Part shown: positions 1-8,665 of the stretch, in pieces
Layout of the letters: every line of letters begins with the position of its first letter
Position numbering within the stretch: position 1 is the first letter of the stretch
IMG/VR virus record: IMGVR_UViG_3300028549_000365
Coordinates: 32,001 to 96,000 of that record
Reading direction: 5' to 3' (one strand)
Length of the DNA stretch: 64,000 bases
Origin: a virus
Taxonomy: Duplodnaviria > Caudoviricetes
The notes under the pieces: model-generated
What the model was told of the DNA's origin: nothing
The model's input: the letters and a program-made list of their open reading frames with translations, nothing else
Databases searched by the model: none
Made by a program: the position numbers and the translations under genes

Positions 1-76
1 TATTAATAGGTACTAAATTCTTATGTCCGTCAGAATCTGTTAATTCTTCAAATGTAAAATTTTTACTTAAGTTCAT
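1..76 (-). CDS. Peptidase M15A family protein / putative endolysin, N-terminal fragment running off the window
   Basis: Not in the ORF track. AAGGAG RBS then ATG at 76 reads MNLSKNFTFEELTDSDGHKNLVPIN, matching the MxLSxNFTLxELTxS start typical of Peptidase_M15_3 proteins. Only 25 codons are visible. Confidence 0.6.
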   Translation of the reverse strand, partial: MNLSKNFTFEELTDSDGHKNLVPIN

Positions 77-165
77 GTATCTCCTTTTATATGTTTTCAA
101 ATATATGCTATGTCACCTATTTTTTTTAGGATTACTTGAATTATTTTAATATTAAGAGGTGGACA

Positions 166-594
166 ATGCAAAGCATGAAAGATAAATTGGACGCTTTAAA
201 AGAGGCGTTGTATAATAGTACAGAAAACACAGTAGATAGCGATTTTACTCGTTTAATAAAAATAAAAGATATAGACGACGAGCTATTTGAGACGCTTATA
301 TTGATACACTCTAATTATAAAAACGAAATGCAGTCTGTGAAAAGACTTAATAGTAATACAATTACTAAACTTATAGATTTACAAATAGATATGTTGACAC
401 ATTATAAATTAGTTTTAGCGGATGTAGACAACTTAAAAAATGGTAGTGTTAAAAACCAGTTATTAACACCTAAAAATATAGTTATAGTATTAACAACGCT
501 AGGAATATTCATATCTGGTATATGGGTGTTGTTCGCTATAAACCCAGCTGCTGGTGATGCAGTAGTTAAAGTAATAACAAGTATATTTAAATAA
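166..594 (+). CDS. Membrane protein, helical N-terminus and C-terminal TM segment(s), holin-like topology
   Basis: RBS GAGG before ATG 166 (track start 136 is TTG). C-terminal hydrophobic stretch IVIVLTTLGIFISGIWVLFAI. Divergent from the M15A gene. Confidence 0.55.
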   Translation: MQSMKDKLDALKEALYNSTENTVDSDFTRLIKIKDIDDELFETLILIHSNYKNEMQSVKRLNSNTITKLIDLQIDMLTHYKLVLADVDNLKNGSVKNQLLTPKNIVIVLTTLGIFISGIWVLFAINPAAGDAVVKVITSIFK

Positions 595-603
595 GGACAT
601 AAA

Positions 604-1260
604 ATGATATTAAAGATTATAAAATTATATAACAAGATTTTAAGTTGGTTTTCAAAGCCTGAACCACAGCATCCAGAGATAAATACTTACACTCCTCCTA
701 CTAGAACAAGAGAAGCTATAATAGATAGTATAGATTATACTAACATAAAAGAACCTGACATATATAAAGTTAATGATACTAATAAGACTCTATTATTTAT
801 GGACGATATAGCTGAAAGTGAAATTCTGTATAAAGTAGATATAAGTAGAATGTTGAAGACTTATAAGAAGTCAGTACTTAATGATTTCACACTAGTGCAT
901 TGTTTTGATAACACAGCGGGTTATATGGTATATAAGTATATACTAGCTGGAAACAATATAGACTATGCTATATTAGATGTTAGTTTAGGTTATAAATTAC
1001 AAGTATCTCAAACTGAGTCAGTAACTCTTGATGGTATAGACGTAGCTTTATTGTTACTTAAACATAATCCAGATGTAAAGTTCTTGTTTTCTACTGTACA
1101 TACTATGAATGAAAGAAATCCAGAAATGTCTGTTTACTATAAGAAGTTTAGAGCGGCTACTGGTAAATCACTTATGGATCATTATTTAGATAAGAACAGT
1201 TATAGACATGATAAACTATATACCTTTTTATACGGTGACGAAAATGAAACTAACAGTTAA
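604..1260 (+). CDS. Stand-alone response-regulator receiver (CheY-like) protein with N-terminal extension
   Basis: LLFMDD acidic pocket, YAILDVSL phospho-acceptor Asp (codon 976-978), LDGIDVA, FLFST, terminal YLDK lysine. No output domain. Confidence 0.8.
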   Translation: MILKIIKLYNKILSWFSKPEPQHPEINTYTPPTRTREAIIDSIDYTNIKEPDIYKVNDTNKTLLFMDDIAESEILYKVDISRMLKTYKKSVLNDFTLVHCFDNTAGYMVYKYILAGNNIDYAILDVSLGYKLQVSQTESVTLDGIDVALLLLKHNPDVKFLFSTVHTMNERNPEMSVYYKKFRAATGKSLMDHYLDKNSYRHDKLYTFLYGDENETNS

Positions 1261-2662
1261 CGTAAAACTACAGATACTTTTTAGTAAGTATAACCTTATA
1301 AAATACTTTTCAATGTTAATATCGTTCTACTTATTTTTCTTAGTTATCTACGCGGTAACTTTGATAAGTTTATATAGTGATGTGACAAATGATTATAATA
1401 CACGTTTAGCCACTATTGATAAGACTGAGGGTACAGAATTTAACCTTATGTGTAATGTTGTTTCTTGTAAGAGATTAACTTATAAGTTAGACGATAAAGG
1501 TAATATGTTAACATACGTTAATGATAACAATATACTTAAGGTAAGTGAGAATAAATTTCCTAAAGATAATATATATTTTGGTTTTGTAAACCAGAATTTA
1601 GAAACTGTTATACACTACGGAGATCTTACTTTTTATATAGATGACTTTAAATACATATCATTAGTATTTACATTACTAGTGATAACTAACTTCTTATTCA
1701 CAATAATATTTACATTAGTGTTTATAAAAACAGTATTAGACAGGTATCATAATGAACTTATAGAAAAGAATGTATATAAGGCAGACTTAGAAACTAAATT
1801 ACAGAGAGATATAACAGAAAGTATACACCATGAGATGGGGATGCCTATAGCTATAATAGATACTTTAGTAACAGACCTTTATGCTAATCTTTATAAATGT
1901 AAATACACAGATGACGGTGTATGTGACTTTAACAACGAAACTGTTGATAAGTCGCTCTGTAAAGACTGTCCGCTACATAGTAGAAAGAGAGAGACTGACA
2001 CCTTGGCTATAGAGTATTACTCTAGAATAAAAGCGTCTATAGTTAAACTTAATACTATACTCAATCTTATAGCTGGATCTAAGCATATAAAATATGGTAA
2101 CGGTAGTTACAGTGCGTATATGATAATAGAGAATGTGTTAGCTGGTATAAATAACTTTAGAGTTAGTAAAATAAAAGCTACTTACATTAATCAAGAACTT
2201 ATGCATAAATGCGCAGTAGGTGCACCTATGAATAATGGTGAACTGATGTTGGTTATTAACAACATTATAACTAATAGTATTGAAGCTGATACGCCTGAAA
2301 TGATCTTTGAAGCAAGTATGAACCCAGATGGTAGATTAGATATAATAGTTACAGATAAGGGTAGAGGTATCAGAGATGGTTTCGATAACATAATAGCTGA
2401 TGATATTATATTTAAATATGGATATAGTACTAAAGATAGTAAAGGTATACATATGGTGTCAAGCAGTATTATTCAGAAGATATTGTATAAGTTAGGGTTT
2501 AGTGTAGCTACTACCTCATCAAGAGGTTCAGGTTTATCTACTAACAAGGGTATGTTATTAAACTCAGGAGGCGACTTAGTGTTACTTTCAACATCGTATT
2601 TAGGAACAAGTTTTAAAATAACCATACCAACCAAGGAAAGAAGAAATGAACAAAAAACTTAG
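1244..2662 (+). CDS. Membrane sensor histidine kinase (2 TM, HisKA and HATPase_c)
   Basis: Two TM segments flank a ~100-aa periplasmic domain. H-box ESIHHEMGMP (His at 1829-1831), N-box NNIITNSIEA, G1 DKGRGI, F-box IFKYGYSTK, G2 RGSGL, final GTSFKITIP. ATG 1244 overlaps the receiver gene end. Confidence 0.9.
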   Translation: MKLTVNVKLQILFSKYNLIKYFSMLISFYLFFLVIYAVTLISLYSDVTNDYNTRLATIDKTEGTEFNLMCNVVSCKRLTYKLDDKGNMLTYVNDNNILKVSENKFPKDNIYFGFVNQNLETVIHYGDLTFYIDDFKYISLVFTLLVITNFLFTIIFTLVFIKTVLDRYHNELIEKNVYKADLETKLQRDITESIHHEMGMPIAIIDTLVTDLYANLYKCKYTDDGVCDFNNETVDKSLCKDCPLHSRKRETDTLAIEYYSRIKASIVKLNTILNLIAGSKHIKYGNGSYSAYMIIENVLAGINNFRVSKIKATYINQELMHKCAVGAPMNNGELMLVINNIITNSIEADTPEMIFEASMNPDGRLDIIVTDKGRGIRDGFDNIIADDIIFKYGYSTKDSKGIHMVSSSIIQKILYKLGFSVATTSSRGSGLSTNKGMLLNSGGDLVLLSTSYLGTSFKITIPTKERRNEQKT

Positions 2663-2927
2663 TGTAATAGTTATTGTCGTTTTACTTAATATTAACGTAC
2701 TAATCGCTGATACACCATGCGGCGATTGTGTTACTATAGTAAAACATTTTGATCTAGATGTTACTATAAAGAACACATCTGGATGGAAGCGCGTTTGTAA
2801 TAACGGAAAAATAAAATTGTACACAAGTAAGAAGCTCGTAGGATCTGATTTAACAGATTTATGCGAGTGTATAACTAAAGAACAATTTAGAAGCAGAGCG
2901 ATTGAATCAACAAGGGTTATAAAATGA
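2646..2927 (+). CDS. Small secreted/periplasmic Cys-rich protein
   Basis: Sec-type signal peptide MNKKLSVIVIVVLLNINVLIA. Five Cys (CGDC, RVC, LCEC). Overlaps both neighbours. Confidence 0.65.
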   Translation: MNKKLSVIVIVVLLNINVLIADTPCGDCVTIVKHFDLDVTIKNTSGWKRVCNNGKIKLYTSKKLVGSDLTDLCECITKEQFRSRAIESTRVIK

Positions 2928-4120
2928 AACAAATTTGTATATTAATTATAATGATATTATGTAGCTTAAACCTTTATGGTGAAATAGCTACCAATATATC
3001 AGGGAACATAGAATACAGTAATATTAATACTGAAACAACTTATAACAACGGAGACTCTAAACAATATAACATAAATAGATTAGATACCACTGTTAATGTG
3101 GATACATATTTTGATAGTAGTAAGTTTGTCGTTAGCATCGGATATCTAGGTACAGATAGTGATGTTTATAATAATGTAGTACAAAAGGATATAACACCAC
3201 TTAAGGTGTTATATATAAATGAATTTTATTACACCACTAATATTTCGGAACACCTAACTGTATCTATTGGAGAGTTTACATTCAGAAAGGGTACGTTCTA
3301 TGAGCATAGTTATACTGGTGATAAGGTAGGTAATGGACTTTACAATATAATAGATGTTAATCTACAAGGTGGGTTAGTTAGCTGTATAACAGAGAATCAT
3401 GTTATAAGTATAGGTCGTATGTACTTTGATAAGTACGGTAAATCATTTTACGATTATGGTGAAGTTAACCCTGAACTATCTTACGATAGTTATAAAGGTA
3501 CAAATGTTGATATGCTTATACATAAATACAACAAAGATGAATTATACATAGAAACTAACATTTATGATATGGAACAGGTTGTAAACGGTTCACCTATTAT
3601 AAATACAAAAGCTTTAGGTGTTGGGATATCTTATGACAATACAGATAACAGTGGTATATTATATTATAGTATATTAACTAAAACAAAATCTACTGGTGAC
3701 ACTACTTCTTTATCACCTATATTTGTACCATATAAATCAGATAAGATACATTTCGATAAGTTTAGATCAAATGGTTACAGTTATTTGTTAGGTGTAAAAA
3801 AAGAATTAGATAATGTAATCTACGGAAAAGACATGACAATAGGATTTACATATACAGATAGAAGTAAAGGTTATCATAGTTTATTAGCTGGTTCACCTAT
3901 GTCACCTATGTCATATAGTGATGTCGGTAAATTCTACAATGTAAATACAGGATTAAAACTTAATAAAGATACTGTTATTAACTTAATGTATAGTAGACAT
4001 GACACAACTGGTATAAATAATAAGCTAGGTCTAAGTACTTTAACCTATGAAACAGGTAATTTACCTAATGGCGTGTCGCACAATGACAGTCTGATTGTTC
4101 AATTTTATATGAATTTTTAA
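2924..4120 (+). CDS. Outer-membrane beta-barrel (porin-like) protein
   Basis: Signal peptide, many alternating amphipathic strands rich in Y/G/N, and C-terminal strand LIVQFYMNF ending in Phe (BAM-type signal). Confidence 0.7.
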   Translation: MKQICILIIMILCSLNLYGEIATNISGNIEYSNINTETTYNNGDSKQYNINRLDTTVNVDTYFDSSKFVVSIGYLGTDSDVYNNVVQKDITPLKVLYINEFYYTTNISEHLTVSIGEFTFRKGTFYEHSYTGDKVGNGLYNIIDVNLQGGLVSCITENHVISIGRMYFDKYGKSFYDYGEVNPELSYDSYKGTNVDMLIHKYNKDELYIETNIYDMEQVVNGSPIINTKALGVGISYDNTDNSGILYYSILTKTKSTGDTTSLSPIFVPYKSDKIHFDKFRSNGYSYLLGVKKELDNVIYGKDMTIGFTYTDRSKGYHSLLAGSPMSPMSYSDVGKFYNVNTGLKLNKDTVINLMYSRHDTTGINNKLGLSTLTYETGNLPNGVSHNDSLIVQFYMNF

Positions 4121-4122
4121 TA

Positions 4123-4156
4123 GTATAACACATAAGGGTTACCTTATGTGTTATAC
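4123..4156 (+). terminator. Hairpin closing the receiver-kinase-porin operon
   Basis: 15-bp perfect stem GTATAACACATAAGG / CCTTATGTGTTATAC with loop GTTA. Confidence 0.7.
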
Positions 4157-4188
4157 CCTTATTTACTGATTAATCATAAAGGAAGAAT

Positions 4189-4689
4189 ATGGAAAATATA
4201 AAACATTACGAAATAGCTAATTGTGTTAGTGTACCTGTTACACTAGCGTTTCTAAAAGTAGATGCATCAAAGAGTGTGTATGGTAAACTTATAAGCTGGT
4301 GGACTAAGTCTGAGTTTGTACACGTAGAGATTATAATAGGGGATATGTGGATTAGTTCAGTAGAGGGAACTGGTGTGCATATTAAACAACTTAAGCCGTT
4401 GAAAGATACTTATGTGTATCATAAACTAAGAGACGCTGTTATGACAGAGTCACAATACTTGGATATAAAAGAATGGATATGCCAACAAGAGAACGCTAAA
4501 TACGACAATACAGGTATAGTGTTATCACAAATTATACCTATTAGATACGACAGTAGAACTAAATGGTTCTGCTCTGAAATAGTAACTAAAATATTACAGT
4601 TGCTGGGGTACAAAGAGGTATTTAATTTATTACCGCATTTAATAGATCCAGGTTTTTTAACAAGATTATTTAAAGTAGTAAAGGAGTAA
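4189..4689 (+). CDS. Permuted papain-like (NlpC/P60, YiiX/YebB-type) amidase/peptidase
   Basis: His motif FVHVEI before ENAKYD and WFCSEIV (catalytic Cys after His, the permuted order). Confidence 0.7.
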   Translation: MENIKHYEIANCVSVPVTLAFLKVDASKSVYGKLISWWTKSEFVHVEIIIGDMWISSVEGTGVHIKQLKPLKDTYVYHKLRDAVMTESQYLDIKEWICQQENAKYDNTGIVLSQIIPIRYDSRTKWFCSEIVTKILQLLGYKEVFNLLPHLIDPGFLTRLFKVVKE

Positions 4690-4693
4690 CACT

Positions 4694-5875
4694 ATGAACG
4701 AAGAACAAATGAATATAAAACTAGACAGTCTAATATTAACATTAGAAGATAAAGAAAATAAGTTATTAAATTTGAATAAAATAAACTTACTTATAGGGGA
4801 TAATACTAACTTACAATACGACGCTAGCGTAATTGATAATGTTGAATTAAGTAAAGAGCACTTAGTAGGTATATACGGAGAACTTAATAAGTTAGGGTAT
4901 AACTTAGAAGATGATACTCTATATCATATGTCTACTGAAAGTTATGATAGTATATCTGCTGAAGATCTAGACGGTGAGAGAAAGAGTCTTATAGCTAGAG
5001 TAGACAGGTATATACGAAACGTAATAGGCGATATTACATCTATAGGTGATGATTTAGACTCTATAATGAAACTTATGAAAACAGTTAAGACTGATAAGCT
5101 AACTAAATTACTTAATGATCTAAATAGTGGAGTTTATAAAGAATCTAAGGATAAGATAACTAACCCAGCTATAAATAGCGACTTAGCGTTCTATTTTGTA
5201 AACGGACACACTGATATAGAACTAAACTCTTTAAAAGAGCTGTGTTCTACAGCTAGTGACTTGTTACTTAAAGATAAGCTGTTTGATGTTATGACTAAAT
5301 ATGCTTATGATAATTTGATTGTTGGTACAGACGTAGAAGATGAGATACCTACACATCAAGCTTCTGTTAAACATTTAGATAAAATAACATTACCAGAAGT
5401 AAGAGATTGGTTAAATAAGAATACTAAATTTGGTATTTACAATAGATACATAGGTAACAAATTTAGAATACTTAGTGTGTATCAAGATGAAGATGGTGCT
5501 GATGTTAGATTTGACACATATAATATTCCTAAAAACTATTACTTCGGTAAGACATTATCTCCGTTAACACTAGAAGAGTGTAAGCAACTTGTTAAAGAAG
5601 GTATAGATTTAGCTAACGATAGTGCGACTATGGCTGCTGTTGGTAGAGTTAATGCATTTGATACGTTCTGGAAGAGTGTTAGAAGTAAAATAGGTACTAT
5701 GGTATCAACGCATTTATTTAATATGTTTGCAGTTAAGAGATGGTTTAGACAAATTAACATGGGTAATGTATATTCGACAGGTACATACACAGTTCTAATA
5801 GGGCTAAAGAAATCACATATTGATATGTTAGATATGATACACAACATAGTTATAGCTAGTACTAAAGGAAAGTAA
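4694..5875 (+). CDS. phiKZ-like internal head (virion) protein
   Basis: Acidic N-terminal propeptide with S/A-x-E processing-type sites (MSTES, ISAED) followed by a helical body, the pattern of phiKZ internal head proteins. Confidence 0.5.
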   Translation: MNEEQMNIKLDSLILTLEDKENKLLNLNKINLLIGDNTNLQYDASVIDNVELSKEHLVGIYGELNKLGYNLEDDTLYHMSTESYDSISAEDLDGERKSLIARVDRYIRNVIGDITSIGDDLDSIMKLMKTVKTDKLTKLLNDLNSGVYKESKDKITNPAINSDLAFYFVNGHTDIELNSLKELCSTASDLLLKDKLFDVMTKYAYDNLIVGTDVEDEIPTHQASVKHLDKITLPEVRDWLNKNTKFGIYNRYIGNKFRILSVYQDEDGADVRFDTYNIPKNYYFGKTLSPLTLEECKQLVKEGIDLANDSATMAAVGRVNAFDTFWKSVRSKIGTMVSTHLFNMFAVKRWFRQINMGNVYSTGTYTVLIGLKKSHIDMLDMIHNIVIASTKGK

Positions 5876-6609
5876 TGAAAACTATAATATTATTTGTGAT
5901 GGTATTAGCATTAAATGCTTTTGCTAATAAATTAGATAAACTTCAAGAGCGTAACGACATAATAAAAGCTAGTTATAAGTCTGTTAGTGATAACGCGGAA
6001 CACACAGATACTTGGTTAGGGTATGTTAGATATGGTAAAGATGTTATTATTAAAGATACTAAATTATTTATCATACCGACATTCGATGGTAAGTACGAGA
6101 AACGTAATAATGTTCAAGTCAATGACAAGTATGATATTAGTCTATTATTAGAATGCGATATACCTAATTCTATAACAGGCTACTATTTAAAAGGTAGTTA
6201 TATTGTGGACGAAGCTAATAAGATATACAGTAAAACAAAAACAGGTATAGGTATGTACCAGTATTTATATAGATCTGATAGAGTGTTGCTAAAGACACGT
6301 GAAGGCGTACAATATAGTGACACAAGTTACACTATCGATAAAGATAGTGTAAATGTAGCTTATATTAAGTTTGGTTTATTGTCTGGTTATTATTATGCTA
6401 ACAATATATTTATAAAGGCTAAAGCTGATTATGATTTAAGTGTTAAAAATAAAGATGACATAATAGATACCTTAGTTAGTGCGGAGTACTCCATTAACGA
6501 TAAAGTTAGTATAGAAACATCTTATAGTTACCTTTATACAAAAACACCTATAACTAATCTACAGCACACACAAAGAGTTTTTACAACATACTTAATATAC
6601 AAGTTTTAA
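5875..6609 (+). CDS. Outer-membrane beta-barrel, DUF481/YdiY-like
   Basis: Signal peptide MKTIILFVMVLALNAFA, ~245 aa, amphipathic strands, GIGMYQYLY motif, C-terminal RVFTTYLIYKF ending in Phe. TAATG overlap with the upstream gene. Confidence 0.65.
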   Translation: MKTIILFVMVLALNAFANKLDKLQERNDIIKASYKSVSDNAEHTDTWLGYVRYGKDVIIKDTKLFIIPTFDGKYEKRNNVQVNDKYDISLLLECDIPNSITGYYLKGSYIVDEANKIYSKTKTGIGMYQYLYRSDRVLLKTREGVQYSDTSYTIDKDSVNVAYIKFGLLSGYYYANNIFIKAKADYDLSVKNKDDIIDTLVSAEYSINDKVSIETSYSYLYTKTPITNLQHTQRVFTTYLIYKF

Positions 6610-6628
6610 ATTAGTATAAGGATAACGC

Positions 6629-7129
6629 ATGGCACAGTCTTTTCTAACTGACGGTAAAAATATAGAAACAGTAAATACAATTAGTTCAACATCTAGTGCA
6701 ACAGACCCATATAATATATTTGCATTAAGGTTGTTAAAATCTACTAACAACTTTCCATTATGTATAGCTACAGGTACGTGTAGTGAAATAGCTTTACCTG
6801 AAACACCAAATGTACCACAGCCTCCAGTAGATCCTAATGAAGGAAATGGTGTTGATGGGTTCTCTTTAAGACAACAGTTATTTAAAGTAAACTTTAACAC
6901 AATATATAGTAACACTTCTAATTTACCAACACATACAGACACTAGTGATAAGAGATACTTAATACGTGAAGTGTATCTTCCAGATGGAAAGCAAATAGAT
7001 ATTACTATAGATATGAAAACTAAAGGTTTAATAGTTACTACTATAACAGGTGACACAGGCTTCGATAGACCTTTAATAAAAACTACTACTTATGAGAAAA
7101 ATAAATTTATAAAAACAGTTTATAGTTAA
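6629..7129 (+). CDS. Hypothetical protein with Pro-rich linker
   Basis: AAGGA RBS, ORF with PETPNVPQPPVDP linker. Confidence 0.6.
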   Translation: MAQSFLTDGKNIETVNTISSTSSATDPYNIFALRLLKSTNNFPLCIATGTCSEIALPETPNVPQPPVDPNEGNGVDGFSLRQQLFKVNFNTIYSNTSNLPTHTDTSDKRYLIREVYLPDGKQIDITIDMKTKGLIVTTITGDTGFDRPLIKTTTYEKNKFIKTVYS

Positions 7130-7138
7130 GGATATAAC

Positions 7139-7477
7139 ATGTGTAAAACACCACAAGAAGAACTAGAAGAGTTCTCAGAAGAGATAGCTAAAATACTAGC
7201 TAAAGACCTTAGAAGAAAGAATACTATTTTAATGATTATCTTTGTTATACTATTTATTATGTCCATAATACTAACATACTTTATAAGTAACTTTTCTGTA
7301 AGAATAACACACTTAGAAGATAGTAAAAAAGAAGTAATAAATAATGACGGGATAAGATTAGAGCTAGATAAGTTTGAAGTAACTAAACTAGTTAAAGATA
7401 AAGGTGGTACTACTATATGGTATAGAAATATCACTATTGATAAATCAGAATATTATACAGTACGTATGAAAATATAA
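7139..7477 (+). CDS. Single-pass membrane protein
   Basis: Basic residues RRKN followed by hydrophobic TILMIIFVILFIMSIILTYFI. Confidence 0.6.
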   Translation: MCKTPQEELEEFSEEIAKILAKDLRRKNTILMIIFVILFIMSIILTYFISNFSVRITHLEDSKKEVINNDGIRLELDKFEVTKLVKDKGGTTIWYRNITIDKSEYYTVRMKI

Positions 7478-7497
7478 ATAAAATATAAAGGCAAAAA

Positions 7498-8562
7498 ATG
7501 GCATATGTTACAAGTGAACAATTACAACTAGAGTTAGAAAACCTAGCCCACGAACTCGGTATAAGCGTACAGGAACTTTTACAAGCTTATACTACTAAAA
7601 CTTATGTAGACGGTGAATTAGCTGCTATTAAGTTAGACATTCAAAAGATTACTGAAGTAGGTGAACTTGATACAGAATCTTTAGCTGAAAAAATTATAGC
7701 TATTAACCAAACTATTGGTACTACTGCTGATGAAGTAGTTAAATCACTTTTTGAAAGAATAGCTGAAAACAAAGTTGCTGTACAAGCAGTTGCTTCTGAT
7801 TTAGCTGGATACAAAGTTCAAGTTGCTACTGAGCAAGCTGCTCAAGACCAAGCTATAAATAATGCAGTTATTACAGTTAATGCTTTAGGTAATACTGTAG
7901 TTGCAAACAAAACAGCTCAAGATGCTATTAACTCTGACATTGAAGGTAGAGTAGCTAGTAATGAGAGTTCTATTACTAAACTTAATGGTGACGACACTGT
8001 AGTTGGGTCAGTAGCTAAACAAGTTAAAGATGCTATAGGAGCTGAAGCACTAAGAGCTAAAACTGTTGAAGGTGACTTAGGTACATTAACAACTGATTCT
8101 AAAGTTAGTTTAGCTGCTGCTATTAACGAAGTAGACGCTAATGCTGATGCTGCTAAAGCTGCAGCTGACGCTGCTTTACTATTAGCACAAGAAGCTAGTT
8201 CTGCAAACTCTACTTTAGGTCAAAATATTACTGACTTAACTAGTAGAGTAGTTACTCTTGAAGCTGAGAAAGTTAGAGTATCTGATATCTTAGATAATAA
8301 AGTTGTTAATGGTGAAGTTGTTAAAGGTGCAGTTACTAGAATCGCTGATTTAGAAGCTGGCCTAATAGCTAACCAAGCAGACCAAGACGCTAAAGATTTA
8401 GCTACTAACGCTAAGATTGATGCTATCGCTGGTTCTGGATTAGTAACGGGTGTCATTTGTGGTAAGAAAGCCGCAAATAAATTCAGACTAGTATTTGGAC
8501 AAGCACTTATTGCTGAGTGTGACGCTGCACCTGTTGGCGGTGGAGATAATGGTGGTTTATAA
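7498..8562 (+). CDS. Long coiled-coil virion fibre-like protein
   Basis: Ala-rich heptads, LNGDDTVVGSVAKQVKDAI-type phage fibre segment, highly expressed codon bias (GCT/AAA). Confidence 0.55.
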   Translation: MAYVTSEQLQLELENLAHELGISVQELLQAYTTKTYVDGELAAIKLDIQKITEVGELDTESLAEKIIAINQTIGTTADEVVKSLFERIAENKVAVQAVASDLAGYKVQVATEQAAQDQAINNAVITVNALGNTVVANKTAQDAINSDIEGRVASNESSITKLNGDDTVVGSVAKQVKDAIGAEALRAKTVEGDLGTLTTDSKVSLAAAINEVDANADAAKAAADAALLLAQEASSANSTLGQNITDLTSRVVTLEAEKVRVSDILDNKVVNGEVVKGAVTRIADLEAGLIANQADQDAKDLATNAKIDAIAGSGLVTGVICGKKAANKFRLVFGQALIAECDAAPVGGGDNGGL

Positions 8563-8567
8563 CAACC

Positions 8568-8599
8568 TATAGATACAAGGGAATTCCCTTGTATCTATA
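8568..8599. terminator. 32-bp perfect palindrome, terminator hairpin
   Basis: TATAGATACAAGGGAATTCCCTTGTATCTATA followed by a T-run. Confidence 0.75.
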
Positions 8600-8665
8600 A
8601 CCTTTTTTTGTTATTTTCATTTATTTGATTAGTCAACAATATAACCGTTAATATAAGGAGAATGT

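Noticed and set aside
2646-2927. CxxC protein as a c-type cytochrome
   Set aside because: The motif is CGDCV and lacks the His of CxxCH. At most it is a degenerate relative.
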